A DNA stretch of 64,000 nucleotides from Candidatus Woesebacteria bacterium RIFCSPLOWO2_01_FULL_44_24b (GCA_001793235.1 MGHM01000016.1:746-64745), one strand, 5' to 3'; counted from the stretch's first letter, positions 38,146 through 47,780 are shown. The notes: generated by a model from the letters alone, not told the origin. Numbers and translations are program-made.

Positions 38146-39069
38146 TTACAGCAGGATAATGGTGGAGGCCACTAGCTCCTTGTCCTTGAAGGTCCCGATT
38201 ATGACAATAGCCTCTCCCGCTTCAGCTGTGGACAGGCGAGTGGATGAAAGGCCGTCGTTACCTTTAGCAAAAGTGCTAACGGTGCCTGTGGCATCCACTG
38301 AGACTTCTTCCCCCTCGGCAGGGAGGACGATAAACTCCTTTGCCGAGAGCGTATCGACTATTCCGACTACTGCCGTGACCTCGGCTTTCGCGGGCTCAGT
38401 GGTTATGAGAATTCTCCTGATTTCAAATACGCCTTCGCGGTTTTGGGTGCCAAGAGCCGCCACAAAATCCCCGATGGCAAGGTCCGTAAATTTGACCTCC
38501 TTTGTTGCCTCTTCGATTATGGAGCCATAAGTTGTTGCATCTGTAAGCGAGAGCTGAACAATGTCTCCGTCTTTTGTTCTGATTTGTAGGCTGTCTTCGG
38601 CAATATCTGTCACCGTTCCGAGGCTTGCCTGCATAGCGGCTGAGCTGTCATCAATTTTGTCAGTATGGATGAGCGTCAACTCCTCTTTCTCGGGTACTTT
38701 TCCTTTTTCAAAAGACCAGACGACGATGTTGTTGAAACCGGGAGTCAACTCAACCTCAATTGAGAACTCGCCCGTGCCGGTAGCTTCTTTTGTGTAGATT
38801 TTGTTAGCGCTTACCGCGACCGGGGAGTTAGGTCTTGTGAGCCCGGAGACTGTTATTGAGGAACTTACTGCCACCGCGTTATCTGCGGGCGCGACAATTG
38901 ACAATTTGCCGTTGGTTGGTTTAGTTTCGATTTGGTTGTTATTATCTTGAGTCTGGGGAGAAGAAGAATTTTTTTCCTCACTTGCCCGTGAGAGTCGCCA
39001 TATGCCGAAGGCCACGCCAATTCCAATGAAACTTCCCAATATTACTGCGATTACTTGTTCTTTTCGCAT
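38146..39069 (-). CDS. Membrane-anchored protein with Ig-like and DUF5666-like domains
   Basis: N-terminal TM; VSG.T.P, G.N.I; DL.IGD.V.A.G. Confidence 0.65.
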   Translation of the reverse strand: MRKEQVIAVILGSFIGIGVAFGIWRLSRASEEKNSSSPQTQDNNNQIETKPTNGKLSIVAPADNAVAVSSSITVSGLTRPNSPVAVSANKIYTKEATGTGEFSIEVELTPGFNNIVVWSFEKGKVPEKEELTLIHTDKIDDSSAAMQASLGTVTDIAEDSLQIRTKDGDIVQLSLTDATTYGSIIEEATKEVKFTDLAIGDFVAALGTQNREGVFEIRRILITTEPAKAEVTAVVGIVDTLSAKEFIVLPAEGEEVSVDATGTVSTFAKGNDGLSSTRLSTAEAGEAIVIIGTFKDKELVASTIILL

Positions 39070-39143
39070 GGAGCGAGCCTAATAGGCACGAACAACTATA
39101 CGTCCGGTAAAGATGCTTGTCAAGGAGTCCCCCGGATGTTACG

Positions 39144-39803
39144 ATGCAATTCATGGACGTAATATTTCTTGGGCATTCAAGTTTTCATATTAAGGGAAAA
39201 GATGCCTCGATAGTTACCGATCCGTTTTCTCCGGAGACCGTGGGGATAAGGTTTCCTAAAGTATCGGCGACAATTGTAACTGTGTCGCACGATCATGATG
39301 ACCACAATGCCGCAAGTCTCGTGGAAGACGCGCGAAAGGTTATAGCCGGCCCGGGAGAGTATGAAATTGACGGCATTTCGATTCTGGGGATTTCCTCCTT
39401 TCATGATGACAAAAAAGGTGCTGAGCGAGGAAAAAATACCATATATGTTTTTGAAATTGACGGCTTTCGGGTGGCTCACTTGGGGGACCTTGGCCACCGC
39501 CTTGCCGACGAAGCCGTAGAGGATATCGGTGATGTTGATATCCTTATGATTCCGGTCGGCGGGGGCTACACTATTGGTCCGAAAGAGGCAGCAGAGGTCG
39601 CCCGTGCAATTGAGCCAAAAGTTATTATCCCCATGCATTATCAAATGCCCGGGTTAAACCCAGTGGTGTTTTCAGCCCTTGTTGACGAAAAACCATTTGT
39701 GGCAGAGGTCGGGCTTAGTGCCCGGATTGAGAAGAAATTGAGCCTCAAGGCTGGCACTCTGTCCGAAGATAGCCAGGAGATTGTAATACTGGATATTTCT
39801 TAA
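39144..39803 (+). CDS. MBL-fold metallohydrolase
   Basis: GHSSF, TDPF, SHDHDDH, HLGDLG, IPMHY. Confidence 0.92.
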   Translation: MQFMDVIFLGHSSFHIKGKDASIVTDPFSPETVGIRFPKVSATIVTVSHDHDDHNAASLVEDARKVIAGPGEYEIDGISILGISSFHDDKKGAERGKNTIYVFEIDGFRVAHLGDLGHRLADEAVEDIGDVDILMIPVGGGYTIGPKEAAEVARAIEPKVIIPMHYQMPGLNPVVFSALVDEKPFVAEVGLSARIEKKLSLKAGTLSEDSQEIVILDIS

Positions 39804-39804
39804 A

Positions 39805-41130
39805 ATGGCGGACGCAACCACAATGACGGTGAGAATTCCGCCTCACTCAACCGATGCGGAAGTAAGTGTCCTCGGAGCGCTTCTCTTGGACCGCGACGCG
39901 ATAATTGCAGTGGCCGAGTTTTTGCGGCCCGAGCATTTTTATGATGAGCGCAACCGCATGATTTTTGAGTGCATGCTTGAGCTTTATGAGGAGCGCACGC
40001 CAATTGACGTTTTGACAGTTTCCGAGCGCCTGAAGCGAAAAAAAACCTTAAAAGAACTCGGTGGTGTGAGTATGCTTGCTGAGCTGGCTAACAAAGTCCC
40101 CACCGCGGCCCACGTTGAGCACTACGGCAAAATTGTCAAAGACCAGGCGACTAAGCGCTCGCTTATGAGTGCGGCATCAAAATTGGTTGACCTGTCGCTT
40201 GATGAGCGGCTCGGGGCAGATGAGCTTTTAGATAAAGCGGAAAGCGAGGTCTTTTCTATTACTCAGAGGCATTTGGCTAAGAGTTTCACTTCTGTTAAGT
40301 CGGCACTCGCGGACTCGTTTGACAGGTTAGACGAGCTTCATAAGGCTGATTCCGGGCTTCGCGGCGTGCCTACCGGTTTTACAGATCTTGATAATTTACT
40401 TGCCGGCATGCAGCGGTCGAACCTTCTCATTTTGGCTGCGCGGCCGGGAGTGGGGAAAACCACGCTTGCCATGAATATTGCACACAATTTGGCAGTCAGT
40501 CACAAGAAACCGGTTGGAATATTTTCGCTCGAGATGAGCCGGGAGGAGTTGGTGGACAGGCTACTTGTGGCTCAAGCGGATATTGATGCCTGGAGACTAA
40601 AAACCGGGAAATTGAGCGAGGAAGACTTTGCCGCCTTGTCAAACGCCATGGGGGTTTTGGCCGAGGCACCACTATACATTGATGACACCCCGGGAGTCTC
40701 GGTCCTTGAAATGCGGACTAAAGCACGTCGCCTGCAGGTGGAAGTTGGGGTCGAGTTTATTGTGGTTGACTATATCCAGCTGGGCCGTAGCCGGAACCTT
40801 GAAAACCGGGTACAGGAGGTGGCCGAAATTTCCCAGGGCCTAAAAAACCTGGCCCGTGAGTTGAAAATCCCGGTATTGGCGATTTCCCAGCTTTCGCGGG
40901 CGGTAGAGCAGCGGGGGTCAAAGCGACCTGTCTTGTCGGATTTAAGGGAATCAGGGTCAATCGAGCAGGATGCGGACGTGGTGATGTTTTTGTGGCGTGA
41001 AGACGATGATAACCCCGAAAAATTTTATCTGGATATCGCCAAGCACCGAAACGGCCCATTGGGTCAGGTGCAATTTCACTTCCGAGGGGATAGGATCAGG
41101 TTTTATGGGGCAGAGAGCAAGAGAGGATAG
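39805..41130 (+). CDS. dnaB: Replicative DNA helicase
   Basis: AARPGVGKT, FSLEM, VDYIQL, SQLSR, DLRESGSIEQDAD, KHRNGP; no intein. Confidence 0.98.
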   Translation: MADATTMTVRIPPHSTDAEVSVLGALLLDRDAIIAVAEFLRPEHFYDERNRMIFECMLELYEERTPIDVLTVSERLKRKKTLKELGGVSMLAELANKVPTAAHVEHYGKIVKDQATKRSLMSAASKLVDLSLDERLGADELLDKAESEVFSITQRHLAKSFTSVKSALADSFDRLDELHKADSGLRGVPTGFTDLDNLLAGMQRSNLLILAARPGVGKTTLAMNIAHNLAVSHKKPVGIFSLEMSREELVDRLLVAQADIDAWRLKTGKLSEEDFAALSNAMGVLAEAPLYIDDTPGVSVLEMRTKARRLQVEVGVEFIVVDYIQLGRSRNLENRVQEVAEISQGLKNLARELKIPVLAISQLSRAVEQRGSKRPVLSDLRESGSIEQDADVVMFLWREDDDNPEKFYLDIAKHRNGPLGQVQFHFRGDRIRFYGAESKRG

Positions 41131-41164
41131 GTGCAAAGTTTGATTGGCTAAAGGATTTTCTTCT

Positions 41165-41485
41165 TCATACTCTATTTTTTTTAAAATTCTTTCCCAGTAC
41201 TGTTCCCAAGAAGTAAGACAGGAAGGCAGCGGTAAAGGCGATCGAAATCATAGAAACATACGCGATATTAGAAAGGTGAAATAAGCCTGCCTCAGTTATA
41301 AATTTAGTCTTACTGAAATACATTAGTGTAAAAAGTGTGGAAACAATGCTGCCAGCAACTATGTTTTGCCTTCTTTGTGGAGCGGTAAATATATAACCTG
41401 CTATGCAAGACAAAATAAAAGAAAAAAAGGTAATTCGATCCTGAAGAATTAAAAAGGAAATAATTCCTAAAAATATCTCTCCCAT
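41165..41485 (-). CDS. AT-rich small membrane protein
   Basis: Hydrophobic ORF just downstream of the tRNA. Confidence 0.5.
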   Translation of the reverse strand: MGEIFLGIISFLILQDRITFFSFILSCIAGYIFTAPQRRQNIVAGSIVSTLFTLMYFSKTKFITEAGLFHLSNIAYVSMISIAFTAAFLSYFLGTVLGKNFKKNRV

Positions 41486-41567
41486 ACCTATTTTTTATAC
41501 TAACACATATCATTACTTCTGCCGTTTACACATTGGTGATTTAGAGACACCAACGACGCCCATTTTG

Positions 41568-41627
41568 TGCCGGGGGTGGGGGTCCCCGTAAATCCCGCTC
41601 TGCGGGACACGGGGCAGGCGAACTCAC
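41568..41627 (-). other. tRNA 3'-end remnant (T-arm + acceptor strand) interrupted by a 35-bp element
   Basis: GTGAG-TTCG[insert]ACC-CCCAC-CCCCGGC-A. Confidence 0.6.
41584..41618 (-). repeat. CCTG+hairpin element (35 bp, nested hairpin)
   Basis: CCTG-CCCCGT-G-TCCCGC-AGA-GCGGGA-TTT-ACGGGG. Confidence 0.65.
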
Positions 41628-41631
41628 TTTG

Positions 41632-41718
41632 TGGCCAGGGGGAGACTCGAACTCCCACGAGGTTTAAGGCCTCACAGGTTTTTGAGACCTGCGTGTCTAC
41701 CGGTTCCACCACCTGGCC
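41632..41718 (-). tRNA. tRNA-Leu(CAA)
   Basis: Acceptor GGCCAGG/CCTGGCC; anticodon arm CAGGT-CTCAAAA-ACCTG; long variable arm; T-arm GGGAG-TTCGAGT-CTCCC; CCA not encoded. Confidence 0.95.
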
Positions 41719-41792
41719 AAGTGTTATATTTTACCATTTTGAGTAGCAAAGATGTAGTTGCTAGATTAAATAACTTCAATAAAATGTAGTCA

Positions 41793-41959
41793 ATGTCGTT
41801 AAAAATAATTTGCGATATCTGCAGACAACCAATCCAAAACGATTTTGTGTTAGACTAAATTTTCGCGGCAAAGATATTTATGATATGAGCGATATTTGCA
41901 AAAAATGTTGGTTGAATAAGAATAATTGGTCCAAACTTCACAAAATGCCCAAAAAGTAA
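41793..41959 (+). pseudogene. Frameshifted small CxxC..CxxC zinc-finger gene
   Basis: MSLKIICDICRQPIQNDF, then in the shifted frame VRLNFRGKDIYDMSDICKKCWLNKNNWSKLHKMPKK*. Confidence 0.5.
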
Positions 41960-41973
41960 TATCATATCGAGGC

Positions 41974-42531
41974 ATGATAACTGCAACTGACCTGAAAAAC
42001 GGCACTACTTTTTTGGACTCCGACAAGCCATACAAAGTGGTTAAGTATAACCATATAAAAATGGGCCGTGGGGGAGCCACGGTGAGAGTTATGGCCAGGA
42101 ACCTCGAGACCGGCGACCTTGCCGAGTTGACTTATGATGCAGGAAACAAGATTAATGAAATCTCCACTTCAAAAAAGCGAATGCAATATCTTTATAAAGA
42201 TGGAGATAACGCCTGTTTTATGGACCCTGCCACTTATGAACAAACCGAGATTGATTTGGATGTTTTGGGCGAGCTCATAGCTTTTATTAAGGAAGGGAGC
42301 GAGGTTGATGTGCTTTTTTGGGACGGGGAAGCACTTTCAGTGGACATTGCGCCTAAGGTTGTGCTTGAAGTAGCTGAAACAGACCCCGGCGTTAAGGGCA
42401 ACTCTGCAACGAACATTTATAAACCCGCGAAGCTTGAAAACGGGCTGACCGTAAAAGTTCCTTTGTTTATTAAAGTTGGAGACAAAATTAGAGTAGATAC
42501 TCGAACTTCTGAATATATTGAGCGTGCCTGA
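41974..42531 (+). CDS. efp: Elongation factor P
   Basis: DLKNG, HIKMGRGGA, MQYLY.DG, FMD..TYEQ, PGVKGNSA, KPAKLENG, VPLFI, YIERA. Confidence 0.96.
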   Translation: MITATDLKNGTTFLDSDKPYKVVKYNHIKMGRGGATVRVMARNLETGDLAELTYDAGNKINEISTSKKRMQYLYKDGDNACFMDPATYEQTEIDLDVLGELIAFIKEGSEVDVLFWDGEALSVDIAPKVVLEVAETDPGVKGNSATNIYKPAKLENGLTVKVPLFIKVGDKIRVDTRTSEYIERA

Positions 42532-42544
42532 CTGCGTAGGCAGG
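42527..42544. repeat. CCTG+hairpin 18-bp palindromic element, supplying the efp stop codon
   Basis: CCTGACTGCGTAGGCAGG, 2 mismatches to 56971-56988. Confidence 0.7.
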
Positions 42545-43006
42545 CTAGCTAGCTATCCACCAAAAAACCGCGACAACTGTAACAATTTGTGTCGCAAGAC
42601 CGGGAACCATTGTTGTATCCACCTGAATTGACTTCTGAAACATTAACCACTTTTTGACGAACTCATTCTTCCAACTTAAGAAAAAGTATGGCCCCTCTAC
42701 AACATCGGGCAAGACTCCCGCGAATGCCCCCAAAAAGATTGTATTCATGTGTGTTGGGTCTGTCGAGAAATTTAAGGCTATGAAGGAACCCAATGCTAAC
42801 GAAATTAGCACATCCGCCGCAACGATTATTGTTGATCTTTTAGTAACATGGCCGTATTTTTGAAGCTCGGTGTTTAAGTGTGGGTTCCAATGCGGAACCA
42901 TGTCAAGCACAAAATGGCTCGCGAATGCGAGCGGAAGGGATATCAGTGGATTTGGAATTTTCGTGACGATGGCGGCACCTACGAGGGCATGTGGCGTTTC
43001 TAACAC
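42545..43006 (-). CDS. Membrane-bound metal-dependent hydrolase-like protein
   Basis: TPHALVG, SHFVLD..PHW, LPD. Confidence 0.7.
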   Translation of the reverse strand: MLETPHALVGAAIVTKIPNPLISLPLAFASHFVLDMVPHWNPHLNTELQKYGHVTKRSTIIVAADVLISLALGSFIALNFSTDPTHMNTIFLGAFAGVLPDVVEGPYFFLSWKNEFVKKWLMFQKSIQVDTTMVPGLATQIVTVVAVFWWIAS

Positions 43007-43038
43007 GGTAGAGCTATGATATACTGACGAGCCCAAAT

Positions 43039-43650
43039 ATGTCAATTTTGACGGCTGTTTTGTCGGGAGTTATCGGAGGAAGCTTGTTTTTGTTTGTATT
43101 CTGGAAGCGCCTGCGGGAGGATTACTCATCTTCTTTGATATTTAGCTCAGGAGCCTATTTTATATTTATGGCCTCAATCTTTTCTTGGCTTTCACAGCTC
43201 CTTTCCCGCTTTGCCGTTGAAAATTCAATTCTTGAGCCGGCCGGCCTTTGGTTTTGGGGCAGTATTTTAGGCTTTATTGTGGCGTTTGCGTTAAGCGTTA
43301 AAAAACTGCGTCTCCGCTGGGTCGAAACTCTTGAAGCGGCTATCTTGGGAGGAGCCTTTTGGCTTCTCGTTGTTTATGGCGCAAATCTTGCGCTCAGCGG
43401 CTTTGCCGTAGTTGCGCTACTTTTGATACTTTTTTATTTCCTTGAGAAAAATTATAAACGCTTCAGCTGGTACAAATCGGGGAGGGTGGGTTTTTCCGGC
43501 CTTCTTGCAGCTAGCGTGTTTTTTACCATTCGGGCGATTGCCTCATTTGTGACAACTGAGTTTTCAACTATTGGCAGGATTGAACTGGTGCCTTCGGCGG
43601 TTGTCGCTTTTTTATTGTTGTTTTCGTTGTATAATTTGTCTGAAGGGTAA
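43039..43650 (+). CDS. Membrane protein (Lgt-like)
   Basis: Multi-TM; GLWFWGSILG, YK.FSWYKSG..GF. Confidence 0.6.
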   Translation: MSILTAVLSGVIGGSLFLFVFWKRLREDYSSSLIFSSGAYFIFMASIFSWLSQLLSRFAVENSILEPAGLWFWGSILGFIVAFALSVKKLRLRWVETLEAAILGGAFWLLVVYGANLALSGFAVVALLLILFYFLEKNYKRFSWYKSGRVGFSGLLAASVFFTIRAIASFVTTEFSTIGRIELVPSAVVAFLLLFSLYNLSEG

Positions 43651-43651
43651 A

Positions 43652-44038
43652 ATGGCAGACAAAAAGCATCCACAAGTGGTTTTTCCGGCAAGTTTAGTGG
43701 CTCCGGTGGCGGGTTTTCTAAAGGGCCAGCTTAAGGAGCTTCGGAGGCGACGAAAAGATATAAGTGGGGAGGACCCCTTTAAAAATCCGGACCGGGTTAT
43801 GGACAATGCTGCACCGGATGCGGATGCTGAGGAGCAGTTCGGGCATGTGCGCACTTCAGCTATTAAGGATGAAATGGATCGCAAAATTATTCAAACGAGG
43901 AAGGCCTTGACGCGCATTAAAATTGGAAAGTATGGAATATGCACTAATTGCGGGCGGATGATTGATACAGACCGCTTAATGATATACCCCGAAGCTACAC
44001 TTTGTGTGAAATGCGAAGCGAAAAAGGAGAAGAAATAA
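43652..44038 (+). CDS. TraR/DksA C4 zinc-finger protein
   Basis: AL.RI..GKYGICTNCG..I...RL...PEATLCVKC. Confidence 0.9.
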   Translation: MADKKHPQVVFPASLVAPVAGFLKGQLKELRRRRKDISGEDPFKNPDRVMDNAAPDADAEEQFGHVRTSAIKDEMDRKIIQTRKALTRIKIGKYGICTNCGRMIDTDRLMIYPEATLCVKCEAKKEKK

Positions 44039-44742
44039 CCCCCAGGGTGATCCATCAGGACGAAGAGCTTCTCGTCCTTGATAAGCCGTCGGGATGGATA
44101 GTTAACGACTCGTCAACGGCTAAAGAACAGCAAACTATACAAGCATGGATTGCCGCGAATTTCAAATTTAAAATTTCAAATTTAAAATTATATCGGAATG
44201 GAATCGTTCATAGGCTGGACAAAGAAACGAGCGGGATATTGTTGATTGCCAAAAATAAAAGTAGTTTTGAGTTTCTTCAAAGCCAGTTTAAGCAGCGCTT
44301 GGTTAAAAAAAGCTACGTTGCTCTTCTTCATGGCAAGGTTGAGCCGGATGAAGGGACAATAGAAGCCGAAGTTGGCAGGCTCCCTTGGAATAGAAGACGC
44401 TTCGGAGTCTTGCCCGGTGGACGAAGCTCAAAGACCTTATACAAGCTTAGAGAGGTTTATAAGAGTGATAACGAGAAGTTTAGTTTAGTGGATTTTTACC
44501 CGGAAACAGGCCGGACACATCAGATAAGAATCCACGCAAAGCACGTAGAGCACCCGGTTGTTGGGGATACGTTTTATGCCGGCAGAAAGACCTCAAGGAA
44601 AGACAGGCTTTGGTGCCCCAGACTTTTTTTGCATGCAGCCGAAATAAGTTTCACTCATCCGTCTACTAGAGGCGAGGTGAAGTACCAGAGTGATTTGCCA
44701 CCTGAGTTAGAAAGTGCGCTTAATCTCCTTGAAAAGCAGTAG
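44011..44742 (+). CDS. RluA-family pseudouridine synthase
   Basis: DKPSG, GIVHRLDKETSG, TGRTHQIRIH, GD..Y, LFLHA. Confidence 0.95.
   Translation: MRSEKGEEITPRVIHQDEELLVLDKPSGWIVNDSSTAKEQQTIQAWIAANFKFKISNLKLYRNGIVHRLDKETSGILLIAKNKSSFEFLQSQFKQRLVKKSYVALLHGKVEPDEGTIEAEVGRLPWNRRRFGVLPGGRSSKTLYKLREVYKSDNEKFSLVDFYPETGRTHQIRIHAKHVEHPVVGDTFYAGRKTSRKDRLWCPRLFLHAAEISFTHPSTRGEVKYQSDLPPELESALNLLEKQ
44158..44189. repeat. Heptamer tandem repeat within the RluA CDS
   Basis: AATTTCA-AATTTAA-AATTTCA-AATTTAA-AATT, encoding NFKFKISNLKL. Confidence 0.6.
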
Positions 44743-45589
44743 GCTACAAAGTAATCTTTATATACCAGTGAAGAGAAGAGTAGTATTTGTATTGGGGGCG
44801 ATGACGGCAGTTCTCCTCGTGTCCCTAATCTTTATTCTTTTCGCGAAAGTACCCCAAGCCTTTTCGGTGGTAGTTCCTACCGAGTCTGAGGATTTGGAGC
44901 TTATTTTTTTTGAATTGAATGAAGGAAAAGTGGTCGTAATTACTATTCCCAAAGATACTCAAATGAATTTAGCTATGAACCGGGGAACCCTTCGGGTCAA
45001 AAGCGTGCGAAGACTTATTGATTCGGAAAAGCTCCCCGGCAGGCTACTATCTGACACGGTAATGAAGACGTTATATTTACCGGTGGACTATTGGGCGGGC
45101 AGGCAGCATTATGGGACTTTCTGGGGCGGGGATATGCCTCTGCCGGTCCGGCTGACCATATTTTTACAAAACATCAGGGGGCTCAAAGAGGAGAGGGTTG
45201 ATTTGGCTGATACTACAGTCCTGACCAAGGAGCGCCTGAAAGACGGTGAAGATGGCTATGTGGTAAGCGGCAGATTACCACTTACTCTAATAAGTTTGTT
45301 TGCCGAGCCGGCAATATCGAGCAGCCAGACTGCAGTAAGGCTTGTTAATGGCACCGGAGAGCCTGAGTATGTACTTACCGATGTTGCTTCAATTCTTGAG
45401 GTATTGGGAGCAAAACCTGTGCCGCCTTTAACTGTGGATGCGGTCGATGTTGACTGCCTTGTCCGCGCCAACGATGAGTATAGCCGAGAGCGCATTGCGA
45501 GCGTTTTTGATTGTTCCGTTTCAAAAGAAACGCCCGAAGCCTTTGATATAGAGCTTTTAGTAGGAAGCCGGTTTGTAGAGAGATTTTGA
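44714..45589 (+). CDS. LCP/LytR-related membrane-anchored protein
   Basis: TM, ITIPKDT, V.LVNGTG, D..L.VG. Confidence 0.65.
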   Translation: MRLISLKSSRLQSNLYIPVKRRVVFVLGAMTAVLLVSLIFILFAKVPQAFSVVVPTESEDLELIFFELNEGKVVVITIPKDTQMNLAMNRGTLRVKSVRRLIDSEKLPGRLLSDTVMKTLYLPVDYWAGRQHYGTFWGGDMPLPVRLTIFLQNIRGLKEERVDLADTTVLTKERLKDGEDGYVVSGRLPLTLISLFAEPAISSSQTAVRLVNGTGEPEYVLTDVASILEVLGAKPVPPLTVDAVDVDCLVRANDEYSRERIASVFDCSVSKETPEAFDIELLVGSRFVERF

Positions 45590-45590
45590 T

Positions 45591-46205
45591 TTATCTTCTG
45601 GTGGGGAATGAAGGAATGTCGTCCAGAGTTTCCGCTCTTTTTGTTTCTTTAATAAAAACCTTGACCTCTGATTCTGCAATTGACTTGATGTATGTTTCAT
45701 ACTCATTGCCGTTTTTAATAAAATAAATAACCCTTGTGGCTAAGTCGTCCGGAAGCCTACCGATATATAACTCGTCATAAGTGGTCACGGCGACCTTTCT
45801 TACTTTGGGGACAAGCTGAACATTGTCACCCGCGTCAAGTCTGGCAAGAATAACGGACTCGCAAATGTTGACCAGGGACACAATTTTGGTCTTGCCGGGT
45901 ATTTCGAGAAATGCATCCGTGGTTTGTGTATTTTTACCTAAAAACACACCGTCCGTGTGGAGCAGGCTACACCTGGCAAGGCACTTGTCCGCTATTGAAT
46001 TTAAGGGATCTTTGGATAAAACTCTTTTTGAAAAAAGAACTGCGTTTTCAAAGTCGCCAAGTTGCAGATATGCGCGAGCGGTGCGGTTTAAGGCATCAAC
46101 ATCCTCGGGGTCCTCAGAAAGAATTGTAAGGTTAACTTGGAGGGCATTTTGCCAGTCCTGAGACAGGGCAGCAAGAATAGCACGGCGGGCAAGGGTATCG
46201 TACAT
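45591..46205 (-). CDS. TPR-containing protein
   Basis: DP.DVDALNR.ARAY.QLG; C-terminal YIGRLPDD. Confidence 0.8.
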   Translation of the reverse strand: MYDTLARRAILAALSQDWQNALQVNLTILSEDPEDVDALNRTARAYLQLGDFENAVLFSKRVLSKDPLNSIADKCLARCSLLHTDGVFLGKNTQTTDAFLEIPGKTKIVSLVNICESVILARLDAGDNVQLVPKVRKVAVTTYDELYIGRLPDDLATRVIYFIKNGNEYETYIKSIAESEVKVFIKETKRAETLDDIPSFPTRR

Positions 46206-46268
46206 CTGAACTTTATCATTATGAGTATAGAGGTGTGAGTGTCGATGTCAAGTGGTATACTTGGCCTA

Positions 46269-46979
46269 ATGAGTGGGCATTCCAAGTGGTCAACAATTAA
46301 GCGGGCAAAGGCAGTAAACGACAATGCCCGGGGAAAAGTTTTTTCCAAGCTTGTTCGCGGGATTACAATGGCCGTAAAAACCGGTGGGCCCGATCCGGTC
46401 TCAAATTACCGCCTGCGTGTTGCGATTGAGGCGGCGAGGGCCGAAAACATGCCCAAGGAAACAATCGAGCGGGCTATTAGCCGCAGTGAAGAAGGCAGTG
46501 CCCTCGAGGAGATAGTTTATGAAGGTTTCGGGCCAAATGGAGTGGGACTCTTGGTTTATATTACTACGGACAATAGGAATAGAACCGCACAGGAGATTAA
46601 AAACGCTTTCGAGAAGGGTGGCGGCAGTCTAGGTAGCCCCGGCTCGGTTTCCTTTAACTTCGAGTCAAAGGGCTATCTTTTAGTTGAAAAATCGGTAGAT
46701 ATTAGCACCCAAATGCTTTCTCTCATCGACCTTGGAGTAGAAGATATGGAGGAGGCAGGTGAGGGGATAGAGGCGTATACCAATAGCCATGAGCTTTTCA
46801 GTGTTAAAGAGAAAGTGGAGAAAGCGGGCTTCAAAGTGCTTGCTGCTGAGCTTATTCAAAAACCCAAAAGCCAAGTGCCTGTTGATAAAAAAGTTGAAGA
46901 TAAACTCTTGGAGTTGATTTCGTCTCTTGAGTCCCATGATGATGTCCAGAAGGTGTTTGATAATGCTGCCATAAGCTAA
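46269..46979 (+). CDS. yebC: YebC/PmpR family protein
   Basis: MSGHSKWSTIKR.K, YEG.GP.GV, TDNRNRT, DDVQKV. Confidence 0.96.
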   Translation: MSGHSKWSTIKRAKAVNDNARGKVFSKLVRGITMAVKTGGPDPVSNYRLRVAIEAARAENMPKETIERAISRSEEGSALEEIVYEGFGPNGVGLLVYITTDNRNRTAQEIKNAFEKGGGSLGSPGSVSFNFESKGYLLVEKSVDISTQMLSLIDLGVEDMEEAGEGIEAYTNSHELFSVKEKVEKAGFKVLAAELIQKPKSQVPVDKKVEDKLLELISSLESHDDVQKVFDNAAIS

Positions 46980-46981
46980 TT

Positions 46982-47752
46982 ATGTCTAAGCGCCACAAGT
47001 TTTTAATTACGTCATTAGTTTTGTCGTTAGGTTTTTTTGGAATTACTTTTTTGGAAAACGAGGACAGGTTAGTGGGGATTGCTGCTTTGTCTTTGGGAAG
47101 TATTATAATGTTTTTCTGGACGTTAAGGGAGGGGATAAAGCGCGATGCCACACTTTTGTGTTTAATTTTGCCACCCCTTTTTACCCTTGGAGTTGGGCTT
47201 TTTTGGTTTTTGTTGCCGTCAACTTTCTATGCAAGACTGCCCATTATTGTCTTATATGGAATAGGGGTATATTCAATAGCGCTTACGGCAAATGTCTTAA
47301 CGGTTTCGGTCCTTAAAAAAATTGCGTTGGCCAGAGCGGCCAAGGGCGTTTCGTTCGTATTGACCCTATTTACGCTGTTTTTATTGTACGACGCAGTGCT
47401 TTCGTTAAAAGCCAGCATTTTTATTGCTTCCTCAGCGGTACTGGTGGCTTCGTTCCCGTTGTTTCTGCAGGGGTTATGGGTAAGCCGAATTACTAAAGAA
47501 GTCGGAAGTGAAATTTTAATATATTCGGGGGTTTTTTCTTATGTGGTCGGTGGAGTGGCGGTACTGATGTATTTTTGGCCTGTGTCGGTGGTTGTGGGGT
47601 CTTTGTTTTTGACTGTTGTGGTATATATTCTTTTGGGGTTGGGACAAGCAAAGATTGAGGCCAGGCTTTTTAGGCAGACGGTAAACGAGTATCTCACAAT
47701 AGGCACAATTGTTTTTTTAATTATGCTTCTGTCGACAAATTGGCACGGATAA
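46982..47752 (+). CDS. Multi-TM membrane protein
   Basis: About 8 TM; NV..VS..K.I.L.RAA. Confidence 0.75.
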   Translation: MSKRHKFLITSLVLSLGFFGITFLENEDRLVGIAALSLGSIIMFFWTLREGIKRDATLLCLILPPLFTLGVGLFWFLLPSTFYARLPIIVLYGIGVYSIALTANVLTVSVLKKIALARAAKGVSFVLTLFTLFLLYDAVLSLKASIFIASSAVLVASFPLFLQGLWVSRITKEVGSEILIYSGVFSYVVGGVAVLMYFWPVSVVVGSLFLTVVVYILLGLGQAKIEARLFRQTVNEYLTIGTIVFLIMLLSTNWHG

Positions 47753-47762
47753 CCTCCAAGGG

Positions 47763-47780
47763 CCTGCCTGCGCAGACAGG
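47763..47780. repeat. CCTG+hairpin 18-bp palindromic element
   Basis: CCTGCCTGCGCAGACAGG, 1 mismatch to 56971-56988. Confidence 0.75.

Noticed and set aside
39805-41130. Possible intein in DnaB
   Set aside because: Normal length (441 aa) with contiguous motifs.
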